Below are positions 1 through 12,587 of a stretch of DNA of 64,000 nucleotides, piece after piece. The notes below the pieces were generated by a model that saw only the letters and a list, made by a program, of their open reading frames with translations, had not been told where the DNA came from and searched no databases. The position numbers and the translations under genes are program-made. Numbering within the stretch: position 1 is the stretch's first letter; the number at the start of each line of letters is the position of its first letter. This stretch comes from Octopus vulgaris (Eukaryota). The DNA lies in NCBI GenBank assembly GCA_951406725.2, contig OX597840.1:22258001-22322000 (forward strand), read 5' to 3'.

Positions 1-304
1 CCCTTCTCTCCATCCAACTCCCACACAATGTCTTTCTTCTTCCTTTCTCTTATATCCCTCCATTCTCTTCTTTAGTTCTCTCTCCATCTTTCTTCTCTTT
101 CCTTCCTCTCTTCACACAGAGCACAGGAATAACATTCACCTCCTCCCTTCTCACCTCCCAGACCACACTTGACCACAGAAGACATCAAAAAACCTACACA
201 CTTCCTCCCACTTTGCCCCCCCACCACCACCACCACACCCACACACTAACCAAAACACTAATCACTTCCATTGGTCATTTTGCCATTTCTGGATCTCATT
301 TCAG

Positions 305-377
305 TTGATAGAATACATCCAGTCTTTATCCAATCAGTTGGTGCTGGCTGGAAATTTGGACGGCATCTTGCTCACTG
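305..377 (+). CDS. MIOS: MIOS (GATOR2 subunit) internal coding exon; gene starts upstream of the window
   Basis: tttcag acceptor, gtaagt donor; LIEYIQSLSNQLVLAGNLDGILLT(G) resembles the MIOS ...AGNLEGILLTG segment (recalled); phase joins the next exon. Confidence 0.9.
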
Positions 378-1049
378 GTAAGTACCAGCCATAACACCTC
401 TCTTTTATTTCTTTTATTTCTTGTGCATCATTCAAGCAAGTAATGCAAGACCATGTACAAATCTGTATTTGTTTTGTGGACAAATGACCGAGACGTTTGG
501 CAATATGTTGTGCTTGAGAAGAAGAAGACCCATCGATTCTAGTCATGGCAGATACTGGTGGCATGTAAAAGCACCCATTACATTTTGGGAGTGGTTGGCA
601 TTAGGAAGGGCATCCAGCTGTAGAAACCATGCCAAATCAGACTGGAATCTGGTGCAGCCCCTCAGCTTACCAGCTCTGGTCAAACCATCCAACCCATGCC
701 AGCATGGACGACAGATGTTAAATGATGATGATGATGGATAGGGTATGCATTGTTTTGGAGTAATTAGAAAAACCTTTACTTATTTATCGCATCCCCTGGC
801 ATTAGGAAGGAGATCCAGCCATAGAAAGCCTGCCTCAACAGACAGCTGGAGTCTGGACAGTTCCCTGCAAGTCAGCTCCATATCAAACCATCCAACCCAT
901 TCCAGCATGGAGAGCAGGCAATAAAACGATGATGAGGGGTCACCACTGTGGCCTGTTGCTGGAACTGACCAGTGACCCCACGTATTTTGTGGGGTCACAT
1001 GGCAGACTGTTTAATTGCAAGGAAATGTAATATTTCTGCATTTTCTTTT

Positions 1050-1452
1050 CCTCTTTTATTTGTTTTAGTCATGTGACTGCAGCCATGCTGGAGCATCACC
1101 TTGAAGGGTTTTAGTCGAACAATTTGACCCTGGGACATATTATTTTCTGAAGCCTAGTACTTATTTTATCGGCCTCTTTTGCCGAACTGCTAAGTTACAA
1201 GGATGTAAACGCATCAACACTGATTATCAAGTTGTGATGGTGGGGACAAACACAGACACACACACACATAGACACATACGTATATATATGATGGGCTTCA
1301 TTCAGTTTCCATCTACCATATCCACTCACAAGGCTTTGGTTGGCCCAAGGCTAGAGTTGAATACCCTTGCCCAAAGTGCCACACAGTGAGACTGAACCTG
1401 GAACTATGTGGTTGGGAAACAAGCTTCTTACCACACAGCCACCCCTGCGCTC
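1050..1452 (-). mobile_element. tRNA-headed SINE, family A. Other copies: about 2963-3330+, 11525-12060-, 14938-15325+, 15465-15805-, 16050-16415+, 20250-20595+, 23128-23490+, 37355-37680+, 38270-38567-, 41060-41392-, 47243-48270+, 49060-49400+
   Basis: head tggctgtgtggtaagaagc...ggttcagtcccactg with Pol III A/B-box-like motifs, core ccttgggcaagtgtctt, central (TA/TG)n, tail ccagcatggc..atgactgaaacaagtaaaaga. Confidence 0.85.
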
Positions 1453-3521
1453 AGGAGCCTGACCGGTCAGTATCCGTTTGTGCTGATTGCTATCAAGAAG
1501 TCAAGGATGGATGGATATGGTGAACATTGCCTTGGGGTAACCAAAAAAATCTTTATTTATCGTATCTACTGATACTTTGGCACAGTCACCACCACCAACG
1601 GTTTGTTACTGGAACTTACCTGGGATGCCACATATTTCACACAGTCACATAACATGATGTTTAATTACAAGGAAATATAATATTTTTGGGTTTTTACAAT
1701 ATTTCATAAAAATCGATAAAACTTGGTGCAGTGTTCAGCCTTGCCAGCCCTTGTCAAACCGTCCAACCCATGCCAGGTGGAAAATGGACGTTAAATGATG
1801 ATGACAGGGTCCCGACCGGCTGCTGACAGTTTGTGCTGGTCGCTGATGAGATGTCAAGTGCTCTCTGACTTTATGCTGCTGATTTCCTCCGCAAAATAGG
1901 GATAACAACATCCCTTTGGCGATATATTTTACCTGTTTTATGTTATACTGGCTAGATCCAGCCTTTCATACCTTGCCTACAATGTCATTCTAGAAATTAA
2001 CTGTCACATCACTGAAGCCCTGAAGTTTTGAGATACTGCATGATTAATTTAAAAGAATGTGAATAAATAAGCGTTCAACAGAGTAATCTGAATGCTAAAA
2101 GATTAAAAATAAACCATTTTCAAGGGAGTCTGCTTCTTCATAATTAAACTGTAATATTTAGCACTCGTGTTATATAAATATCCTCAATAACTCTGTCAAA
2201 GATACAGAATAAAATGTTTTCCCATTAGGAAAATATACCCTTGGTGGTGCATCTGGCAGTTGTGTGACGTTTGTAGTGAACCACCAGGGGTACATATGAT
2301 AGCTAATATGTTGAATGCATAATCCAGGACAAGGATAAGAAAAAAATGGAAGAACAGCAGAGTATCTCTTTAAAAATTCCAGCAGTTACTTTAAATTCCT
2401 GCTATTATACCCAGATGGTAAAACATATGCACTCCTTCAGGATTAGGGATAGGGACATCCCTCCCAATCCCACTTTTCTTGGAGATTCCTCACCCATTGA
2501 AATGACTTCCCCAACATCAAATGGGATATCTTTGGCAGAATATCCTCCTTACTCACCTGGGGCTTGCACTTAACAACTCTGCCTCTGTGAGAAACTGCAC
2601 GTACCAGCTCACAATATCTATTAATAGATTATCCACCTCCCTGTCCCACTTTTCTTGGACATTTCTAAACCATCAAAATGACTTCCCCAACATCAAATGC
2701 ACAATATCCTATCTGCAACACATGGGCTGAAAAATCAAGAAAATAACTCCAGTTGCTTAGAGAACGTTACAATCACATGACCTGAGCTGACCAATGGAGG
2801 CCCTAAACACCAAGAAACCAGTTCAAATTTCTTTGAAACTCTCTACACTGTCTCTGATCATCAGATGAGGTGAATATGTTCCATGACCAGAAAATGTGAA
2901 GCTGTGACAAACTGTTGGTGATACATGTAACTCCAACTAAATGTATTGAGTGTTACATTCAAGGCGTGACTATGTGGTTAAGAAGCTCACTTTGCAACCG
3001 CACAGTTTTGGGTTCAGTCCCACTTTGCAGCACTTTAGGCAAGTGTCTTCTGCAACAGCCCCAAGCCAATCAATGCCTTTGTGAGTGAGTTTGGTAGATG
3101 GAAAGTATGTGGAAGTCTGTTGTGTGTATGGGGTGTCTGTGTTTCTGCCTGCACCCACTGCTTGACAATCGGTGATGGTTTGTTTACATCCCTGTAATTT
3201 AACAGAAACTGATGAACTTCCAGACTTTAACAAAATAAGTACTATGGACAATTTGCTCAGCTAGAAACCATTCAAGGTGAGCCCCCAGCATGGCCATAGT
3301 CCAATGACTAAAACAAGTAAAAAAAAAAAGTATATGTAATTGTGCATTGAATTTTGGTAGAGTCGCATTTACATGTACTAAAAACAGAGGCACTGTATTT
3401 CTCTTTTGTCAATCATTTCTTTATTGTTTTACTTATAATAACCAATACGAAAGTCTTTCTTAACATAATCTATGGCTGTTTCACTAATATCTTCTTCCGT
3501 TTCCTTACCAATTTTATTCAG

Positions 3522-3660
3522 GTCTGTCTGAGAAAGGTGTACAGTTGTTACAGAAGTATGTTGATGTTTCTAGTGATATGCAAACGGCCTGTTTCATTGC
3601 AATATCTACGTTTCCCAGCTGGTTATCAACGGACAGTAGGGCTGACTCTTGGATACATGG
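3522..3660 (+). CDS. MIOS: MIOS coding exon
   Basis: ttcag / gtaaca; (G)LSEKGVQLLQKYVDVSSDMQTACFIAISTFPSWLSTDSRADSWIH(G) matches the MIOS GL..GV.L...YVD..DVQTA pattern; phases consistent on both sides. Confidence 0.9.
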
Positions 3661-3877
3661 GTAACACCTCCTATTCTCAGGCCTTCACTCTTACCTTTTT
3701 TCTCTATCTTCCTCCTCACAGTTTTTCTTATTTATTCGATATACACATACATAGTTAATGGCTTTCTTACAAGTTCAAATACACCTCAAGTTTATATTTA
3801 TAAACCTCACTACTGAGTGGAATATAATGAGAGTGATTTATCTCAGGTCAGTCTGTTGTGCTTTCCCCTTTCAGTGT

Positions 3878-3925
3878 CTGATGCTGAAGAGGAGATAACT
3901 AGTCTGAAATGCATATATCCATCAG
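3878..3925 (+). ncRNA. Type I hammerhead ribozyme motif
   Basis: stem I ctgatg/catcag, CTGAAGA 3884-3890, short stem II, GAAA 3906-3909, weak stem III, AUC triplet ending at 3919. Confidence 0.6.
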
Positions 3926-4149
3926 TCTGGCTAGGAAGTGCTTCAAACTAACTTCGTATATTTGCACCTATTTGTCTAACAAAATACAGTGAATGGCTTC
4001 TTACAGGTTCAAATATATCTCAAACATATTTGAACTGGCAACAAGTTTATATTTAAACACATCACAGCTTTGTGCTTCAATTTCATATTGTATTATGGCT
4101 GATCCGCCAATTTGTGTGATCAGTCACAATACTCTGATTGGAATATAAG

Positions 4150-4211
<62 letters not shown>

Positions 4212-4351
4212 TTCTGCCAGATCAGACTGGAGCCTGGTGCAGCCTCCTGGCTTCCCAGACCCTGGTCGAACTGTCCAACCTGTGCTAGCACGGAAAACGG
4301 ACGTTAAACGATGATGATATATATGTATATATATATATATTTACAACAAAA

Positions 4352-4393
4352 TTAGGGTTAGGGTTAGGGTTAGGGTTAGGGTTAGGGTTAGGG
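4352..4393 (+). repeat. Interstitial telomeric repeat (TTAGGG)7
   Basis: seven exact TTAGGG units inside a MIOS intron. Confidence 0.95.
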
Positions 4394-4930
4394 TTTTGTG
4401 ATTTAAATTTCAAACCAATAGCCAATCGAATTAATCTAAATTTTCTTTACCTAGTGGTCAGCATTTCTTAACTCATAGTTATTTCGATCTTGGAAGGATG
4501 GACTTGGTGATAACTTAACTGTATCTATTTTTATTATTTTTTATTATTATTACTATTATTATTTTTATTATTATTATTATTATTAATAGTAATTTTTATT
4601 AACTTTTATAGCTTTAGAATTTTATGAACTGTACCACGGATTTAATTATTATTATTTTTCATCTCCATATGTGTTAGCCCCCTTTTTTTATAAAAAAAAC
4701 TATTAGCTAAATATGTATGATATCGGTACTTATTAATATTATATATACACTGTTATATATTTTGTTTTATTTTGTTCTGGTTACCTTCCTTTTTGTACAA
4801 ATATGTATTATATTATACAAGTGTAGCATTATGATGTATAAGTTTTTATATTTTACTTTTTTATATTTTTATATTTATATGTATATGATTATATAATATT
4901 TTTCACTATTATAACAAATTTAATTTAATT

Positions 4931-5038
4931 CTCTGAAGAGGCCGTGGGGCATCTTTGTTAATGCCTCATTTATACCTGCCTTTATGGCTTATAGGTTAAA
5001 TGAGGTATGACTGTCCTCACTGCCGAAACAGCTGTCAG
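4931..5038 (+). ncRNA. Type I hammerhead ribozyme motif with extended stem II
   Basis: CTGAAGA 4933-4939; long stem II (ggccgtgggg/cctcactgcc plus atgcctcattta/taaatgaggtat); GAAACAGCTGTC 5025-5036; stem I only 2 bp. Confidence 0.6.
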
Positions 5039-6856
5039 TTTTGATTTATTTGCATATTGTATTTATAATTTTTTACTTATATCTCTTTATCTTTTTACTT
5101 TTACTTTTACTTTTACTATTACTGTATATCTCATTTCATTTTATATATTGCCTTTACTCCTATGTAATGGTGTATTAAAGTATGGATTGAGTATCATCGG
5201 ATAGTTGATGTTTTATTGATTTAAGTATGTTTCTCCATTCTCTAATTTTGTAGTATTAATTTACGGTAATATTATTACCCTTACCCATTTAATACAATAG
5301 ATGAACTGATTGCTTGACAATTTCTAACATCTATGTATTAATTTTTGTTGGGTACCTATCTAGCAGTATATTGGATATATATTATCCCATGGTGGGTTGA
5401 ATTTTCAACCCCTATCTCATTTTATAATATAATATAATATATATATATTTATATATATATGAGAAAATGAAGAAAAGAGAAAAAATTAATGTACAAACAT
5501 TATTTATTTAAAGACATTCCAATTCTTGCAGAGAAATTCCTGCCTTCAGCTGTTTCCACACCCAATCAATTCAATTACAGAAATAAAATTCAAATTCCCA
5601 TAATTGATACCAGTCAATTGGGTATTTTTTCAGGGAGAATTTCCTAAAGGACGTTACATTACAAAATGTAGGTGTGTGTTTTCTTGAAAGCAAGCATTCC
5701 TTAGAAAGCCATTATTACCATATATGGTCAATACTCATTATGTAAACGCAAGCAGAACCTACATATTACTATATATAGAAAGGTTATATGGCAACTATAC
5801 ATACATGCATATATTTGTGTGTGTGTGTGTGTATATATGTATGTATATATAGATATGTGTGTGTATGCAGACACACACAGATAGGTAGCTAAGTAGGTAT
5901 GTATATATAAACTGGCAAAAAGACAGCCCTGTAGGCAGTTTCCAATGAGTTACTATATAATAATTACCCATTTGGTTCCCAATTTTTGTAATTCTTCTGA
6001 TGTTGCATCTAATTTCATTTTCTGTCTTTTATTCATCTAATAGTTTTTTCACAGTAAATAAATTTAGGGTGTAACTTCAGAAGTGTGCCCTACCAATTTT
6101 GTATCCTCATAACTTTTGGGAAAATTGTCATTTGATAGTGAAATTCTGTAGAAATACCTTTGAGAATGCATAGATTACAATTATAGCAGAATTTGTTTTG
6201 AAAATGTGTTTGGTGGTGGGGAGGAGGAGTTTTGAATAATTCACATGGATAGATTTTGTTTCTTCATAACTTTCAGGAAAATTGGTATTTTTTAATGGAA
6301 TTTTCTACAAATACCTTTCAGTGGTGGCAGTTATTCTGACTACTCTAGTCAAAGTTGGTCTGAGTAGCCACCAGCATGCTGATCAACAATGACTAAATAG
6401 CCAACTTCAGTAGCTATTTCTCAAGAAGTCCATATCAGTTCAAGAAGTTGGATAATTGTTAAGTGTTTGTCTGAGGATAATTTTTTTCATTTCCCCACTA
6501 CAACAGATCTTAAAATGAAATAGTTATGAATATTTTGAATTACATGAATATCAAATGTACATACCAGTTGCCAGGAATGTGTTTATTATTATGTGAAATT
6601 GGTCAATCCAATTATGTTACACCAGAATATTTGGTGGCTATTTAAGCAATGTGTTTATGGATGTTTAATGGTTCAGATGTATTACTGAAGAAGGAGCAAG
6701 AACTCCTGAAATATGTATCTACACCATCTATACCCTTTACCTATTTTCCCAACTTCAAATGCATTGTTTACATTGAAATATTCATTTACAAAACATTGCA
6801 AGCAAACCAGTGCTGGCTCTAATTTCCATAAGATATCTGTAGAGACAGTTTTAAAA

Positions 6857-6906
<50 letters not shown>

Positions 6907-6908
6907 TT

Positions 6909-6950
<42 letters not shown>

Positions 6951-6990
6951 TTTCTTTCTTATTGTTCACATCAATTTATGTCCTTTGCAG

Positions 6991-7032
6991 CTACAGAAAC
7001 CTTCTGAACCAATGGAAGTTATGGCATCAAAG
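6991..7032 (+). CDS. MIOS: MIOS coding exon (42 nt)
   Basis: tttgcag / gtaggt; YRNLLNQWKLWHQ(R) vs MIOS YRNLLDAWRFWHKR. Confidence 0.92.
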
Positions 7033-7054
7033 GTAGGTTCATTGCAAGCTTTGT

Positions 7055-7420
7055 GGGTAGAGGCTGAGTGAGGCACTTCCCTCATTGAAAGAGGTATGGT
7101 AGAAGCTGAGTGAGACCCTCTTCTCATCCAATATAGGTACTGGAAGTGTTGGTAGTAACTGAATGAAACAGTTCTCTCATTGAGTGACAGGGGAATGGAG
7201 GTAGAGTAGAGGCTGAGTGAAATACTTCCCTCGTTGAGTGAGGAAAGTGGAAGTATTGTAAAGGTTGAGTGGGACTCTCTTCTCCATTATAGGTATTGGA
7301 AGTATGGTAGAGACTGAGTGAAACAGTTCTCTCATTGAGTGAGAGGAGAATGGAGGTGGGATTGTCATGAGGCTCTCCTTTCATTTTGTGAAGGGAGTGG
7401 AAGTATGGTTAACCTGAGTG
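7055..7420 (+). repeat. Degenerate minisatellite, unit roughly 40-50 bp
   Basis: recurring ggtagaggctgagtga...ctctcattgagtga...ggaag units. Confidence 0.7.
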
Positions 7421-8817
7421 ACACTCTTCCTAAACCAATGAAGACAGATCAATTATGTGCCAGTGACTCGAGTGAGACTACTTTCTTCAATAAAGAGAAA
7501 CAAAGTAATCCACTGGCTGGGTTGAACTCCCTTCGTTCAGTGAAGAGAAGTGATATATACGAATGGAGGAGTGAAACGGTTTTCTTATCCAAAGAATGGA
7601 CTACAATTTGAAATTGGCAGCAGCTGAGATAGAAAGCCTTGAGGAAAGTCCTAGATGTCCCCTCTCATCACACTTTCCATGTTCTGTTCATCAAACATCA
7701 TCATCCTTTGATGTACATTTTCCATACTAGCCTGGCTTGGATGGTTCAACAGAAGCTAATGAGCGAGAGGAATGCACCAAGACAGAGGTTTCTGTCTTAG
7801 CATAGTTTCTCTGGTTGGACCCTCTTCTAAATGTCAACCACTTTAAAGGGTCTGCTGGGCACATTTTAGATGGCACTGGCACCAATGGGGCCACCAGATT
7901 ACTTGCAAAACAAGCTGCAGAGTAATATAAAGGGAGGTGGCTCTGTGCCACATGATGAGAGATTAAAGCAGTGACTCTCAACTCTTTTTTTTTCACCTAT
8001 GGACCCCTTTGATTACTATTTTACTTGGATGGACCCTCCTAGCCATTCGATTCTTTAAAAATGTGTTTTGTAGATGCTTCTTTTGAAATTCCTATTTTGC
8101 CTTCCACACTTTCACGTGAATGGGTTGAAGTGTGTCAAACATTGGAGTAAGAAACCAAATTGTTTCCTGCAATAAATACATCTAAAGCAAAAAGTCTTCA
8201 TGGACCCCCTAAGGAACTACTGTGCATCCCTAATTTACTGTTATGTTTGTTTGCACACACACTCCCTCAAGTCTTACAGGGACCCCTAGAGGTCATATAT
8301 GGATCCTAGATGAGAACCACTGGGTTAGAGTATGAGTAAAGCAAGAGGCAGGGGTGTCTTGCTGTAGAGGACATACATGGTTACCTCAGTTGGGAAACAA
8401 AGAGGATGTTGGAGAAGATACATCCAGGTGTTATCTCAAGTTACAGGATGGTGAATAAAAAAAGGGGCTGCTGGAAAGCTCCTGGCCTTGGATGAAAGAA
8501 AATCCAGGAGGATTAGTTAATCATGATTTTATTCAACATCTTTCCCTCTCAGATTCACACACTTATTGCAGGGGTCCTTTGATTTTACTAAGCCCCGTAA
8601 AAGAACTCAGAAGGTTGGGCCTCCAGTCAGGCCTTTTGCAACTCCCTTAAAGCCAGGAACTTTTCAGAACCCCCTTGTAGTGTTGGTTGATAAGTTCACG
8701 GAAGTATGAGAGTTGAGTGACAGATGGATAGAGATGGGGGTCGAAGGAAATGCGGTGAATGCTAAACATGGGCAGTGGTGTGTTTGGTGCAGTAATATTC
8801 AGTATTTTCTATTGCAG

Positions 8818-8989
8818 AGCCTTGTTTGATATCCTGTGGCAGGGCTGCGACTCACAGAATCATGAACACTCAGAAGTATTTGTCAGCTGCAACTCTTGTC
8901 GAAAGTCGGTCTCGCGAAATGCACAGCCATTGGTGAAAAACAAACAACAGAACTGGAGTCGGTCGAGCAACACGGCAAAACATGTTAAG
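8818..8989 (+). CDS. MIOS: MIOS coding exon, start of C-terminal zinc-binding region
   Basis: ttgcag / gtgaaa; ALFDILWQGCDSQNHEHSEVFVSCNSCRKSVS...AKHVK, with a VFVSCNxC motif. Confidence 0.9.
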
Positions 8990-10112
8990 GTGAAAGAAAC
9001 ACTGTTCACTTTTTGTTCTTTCTTTATTTCTGGAACTTTTTTTTTTTATTAGTGTGTGTGTATGTGTGTGTGTGGTGTGTATGTTTATATGTATATGTGT
9101 ATCTGTGTGTACATCTATACTGGTGGAGGTAACTATATCAGGATAAAATTAACGCGCAAGTGGCTGAGTACTCCACTGACATGCATACCATTAACGTGTA
9201 GTTCTCAGGAAGATTCAGCCCCTTACAGAATGTGACCAGGCTGACCCCTTTCATTTACAGCTACCCCTCATTTTGGCCAGCTGAGTGGACTGGGGCAAGA
9301 TAAGCCTTCAAGTGGCTGGAAGAAAATGAAAAATGATCCCATACAGGGGAAGAAAAATCTTTTTAGTTGTTAGGGCCATTTGTGGGTGTTGATCCAGTCC
9401 TAACAATGGCCTAGCTATCTCTCTATATGTCTCTCTCTCTCTCTCAGCAAATACCTGTGGATGTTACTCTTACTTTTCTACACTTGAAGGGAGAAATAAA
9501 AGGTGTTAAGCAGAGGAGGTCTACTCAAAGTGAGCAGCAAAGCAAGAGAGAGGAAGTGGTGACTGAAAGGAAGGTGGCGTTTGTTTTATGTTTTTAAATG
9601 TTTATCAGAATATTCAGAGGAGACAAATGCAAAACCACAGCAAATATTGGAAGTTATTTTTACTTTCCTGCAACATAATCATTTACCGTATTCTATACAC
9701 TGGTTCCTCAACCAATATTGGATATTCTCATGGCACCAGCACACAATTTACAGATGCTTACATCTTTTATATTTTCCATGAAGTTTTCACAGGTCCAGCT
9801 AATTATTATTATTACTAATATTATTAAGGTAACGAGCTGGCAGACTCATTAGCATGCTGAGCAAACTGCTTCGTGGCACTTTTTCAGCTTTACATTCTAA
9901 GTTTAAATTCCACTGAGGCCGCCTTTACCTTTCATCCCTTTCAGAGTCAATAAAATAAATACTATTTAAGCACTGAGACCAATGTAATCGCCTGACCCCC
10001 ACCCCCAAAATTTCAGCCCTTGTGCCTATAGTAGAAAGGATTTTTTTTGTTTTTCTTAGTAAATCTCTGATCATCAATTCCCGTCTGTGACTGATTTTCT
10101 GCTTTCTTTCAG

Positions 10113-10215
10113 GTTTCTTGCTGTCCACACTGTCGTAATCCTCTACCCCGGTGTGCTTTGTGTCTGAAGAATTTAGGGACTGCTTCAGGGGCCCTGTCTA
10201 TAGAAGGATCTCCAG
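10113..10215 (+). CDS. MIOS: MIOS coding exon (zinc finger/RING region)
   Basis: tttcag / gtcaga; VSCCPHCRNPLPRCALCLKNLGTASGALSIEGSP, matching CPxCRxPLPRCALCL. Confidence 0.95.
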
Positions 10216-10719
10216 GTCAGAATCTTTACACTTTCTTCTTTGTTTTCAATTTTAACTATAACCAGTCCAGATCAGTCTTCTGGGATTCTGTAGTATTTGT
10301 TGTTAAGGGTCACATCACTTCTAAATAGCCTCCACCCTCAACCTTTATTCTGATCTCAGGGTGTCTAGATGTTAATATCATCACCATAATCATAATCATA
10401 ATCAACCCTGAACATTACCAACTGGAGTTCTAGGATTGGATCAACATTAAATGAAGTGTTTTGTTCAAGAACACAAATTGACGATCAAAACCAGAAATCA
10501 AAACCATAACTTTGCAATCGGGAGTGCAACACCCTAAATGCTAGACCATGTGCCGCCTTATACAGTTAGGAGACAAACCTGTGTAATTCTAATAAGAACT
10601 GTTTTCAACCTTAACAAACCATCCAGGCATAGGAAGCAGACTGATCACCCCCATCACCTAACAACCTCAGGGGGTTGTTCTTTCTTTCTTTTTACTGTTG
10701 TATACTGTGTATGTTTCCC

Positions 10720-11150
10720 TTCTTTATTCTATTCTATTCTGCATATCCTTTCTATATTTACACTCTATTATTTGGCATTTCATTGTATCATCTGTGAACC
10801 TTCCAACGTGACTGGCCCATCGTGCATTTGCAGGGTGGTATTCGGTGATGATGTCCTTCACACCTGTTTGATCCCTGATCCCTTCGTTCCAGATGTGATC
10901 TCTTCCCAATATTAACCTTTTCATGGCTCTCTGTGCCATAAACAGATGTTCTTCTTCTTCTCTCAGCATTGCAGGCAAGACTGTTCTGTTAAAGAGTTTG
11001 GCGCAAATTGCCTTGTTTAGGTTCACCTTCAGCACTTTCTTCACTGAGTTGCATGCTCTCCATCCTGTTCTTACCCTTTGGTGGACTCAGGCAATTGTCA
11101 AGTAAGTGGAAGAGACCACTCGGAAGACCTCCAATCAGGTGGGAAGAGCC
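10720..11150 (-). mobile_element. RTE-type LINE fragment, with a short inverted piece
   Basis: KLFNRTVLPAML..QRAMKR..IWNEGIRDQTGVKDII..RWASHVGR on minus; KRPLGRPPIRW on plus at about 11105-11145. Confidence 0.7.
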
Positions 11151-11339
11151 TGAAGGGGGTGGAGCAAATGCTGTGGCCAGTAAAGCTGATCCTGGTGATT
11201 TCATTCTGTATAAACCCCAACCCTTTATGTCAGTCTTTGTATTGTTCCCCTCGTCCTTTGCCAAAGAAGTAAATAAAAGAAATCATTATTATTACTATTT
11301 CTGTTTAAATTCTATTATTTTCCTTTTTGCAATTTTCAG

Positions 11340-11430
11340 ATTCAAAAACTTCTTCCTTTAAGAATTGGTTTACTTGGTGCCAGTCTTGTCGACACGGAGG
11401 TCATTCAGGTCATATTACAGATTGGTTCAA
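11340..11430 (+). CDS. MIOS: MIOS coding exon (RING region)
   Basis: ttttcag / gtaagt; (D)[29 protein letters not shown](K), the WFTWCxxCRHGGH hallmark. Confidence 0.95.
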
Positions 11431-12529
11431 GTAAGTAGCAATAATCTTCAATTCATTTACTAGTTTCAAGTATTGACCTGCGACCATCCTGGGACACCTT
11501 CTTCAGTGCAGTTTTGCAACTACTCTTTTTATCTTTTGCCTGTTTCAATCATTAGACTGTGGCCATGCTGGGGCACCACCTTGCAATTTTAGTCAAATGA
11601 ATCAATCCCAGTACTTATTTTTTAAATCTAGTACTTATTCTATCAGTCCCTTTTGCTGAACCTCTAAGTTATAGAGACAGAAACACACCAACACCAATTG
11701 TCAAGTGGTGATGGTGGGGACAAACGCAGACACACACACAATAGATATCCTCATCATTTAACATCCGTTGTCTATGCTGGAATGGGTTGACAGTTTGACC
11801 TGGGCTGGCAAGGCTGGAAGGCTCCACGAGACTCCAGTCTGATTTGGCATGGTTTCTGCAGCTGGATGACCTTCCTAATGCCAACCACTCTGAGAGTGTA
11901 ATGGGTGCTTGGGCTTCTTTCAGTTTCCATCTACCAAATCCACTTACAAGGCTTTGATCAGCCCTAGACTATTGTAGAAGACACTTTCCCAAGATGCTGT
12001 GGGACTGAACCCAGAATCATGTGGTTGGGAAGCAAGCTTCTTACCACACAGCCACTCCTGAACAAAATTTCAGTTGGTAATGCTTGCATGGGTCAGGTGG
12101 AATTTGTTGAGGCAGGTTTTTCTCAGGTTGGATGCCCTTCATCTGTTTCCAAGCAAGGTATTTCTACCCGTCTTTTCGTTCTGAGTTCAAGTCCTGCCAA
12201 GGTCGACTTTGCTTTTCATCCTTTCAAGGTCGATGAAATAAATACCAGTTGAGTACTGGGGTCAATGTAATCAGCTAACCTCCTTCCGCCAATATTTCAG
12301 AACCCATGCCGGTGCCGCATAAAAAGGCACATCTACCAGCACCCTGTAAAAAGCACTCATATTGGTGTCGCATAAAGAACACTCATGCCAGTGACACATA
12401 GAGGAGCACCTGTGCCAGTGCCACATAAAAAAGCACCCAGTGGTGGTGGTGGTGGCGGTGGTGAATGCAAAAAGATTTTTGTCACGATTGCTTAATTTTT
12501 TTTCTTCTTCTTTTCTAAATGTCTTTCAG

Positions 12530-12587
12530 AGATCACCTGGAATGCCCTGTAGCTGGTTGTTCCTGTAAATGTATGGCTTTAGACTGA
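12530..12587 (+). CDS. MIOS: MIOS terminal coding exon
   Basis: long pyrimidine tract then tttcag; DHLECPVAGCSCKCMALD-TGA; AATAAA motifs at about 12632-12660. Confidence 0.95.

Noticed and set aside
2440-2710. Local duplication (aaatgacttccccaacatcaaatg twice) with 69-75 aa ORFs
   Set aside because: Intronic degenerate duplication with no splice or homology support
5545-5640. Minus-strand hammerhead-like relic (CTGAAAA...GAAACAGCTGAA)
   Set aside because: Core and cleavage triplet are both mutated; at most a dead copy
6682-6969. RE-rich and LS-rich ORFs
   Set aside because: Translations of a (CT)n microsatellite
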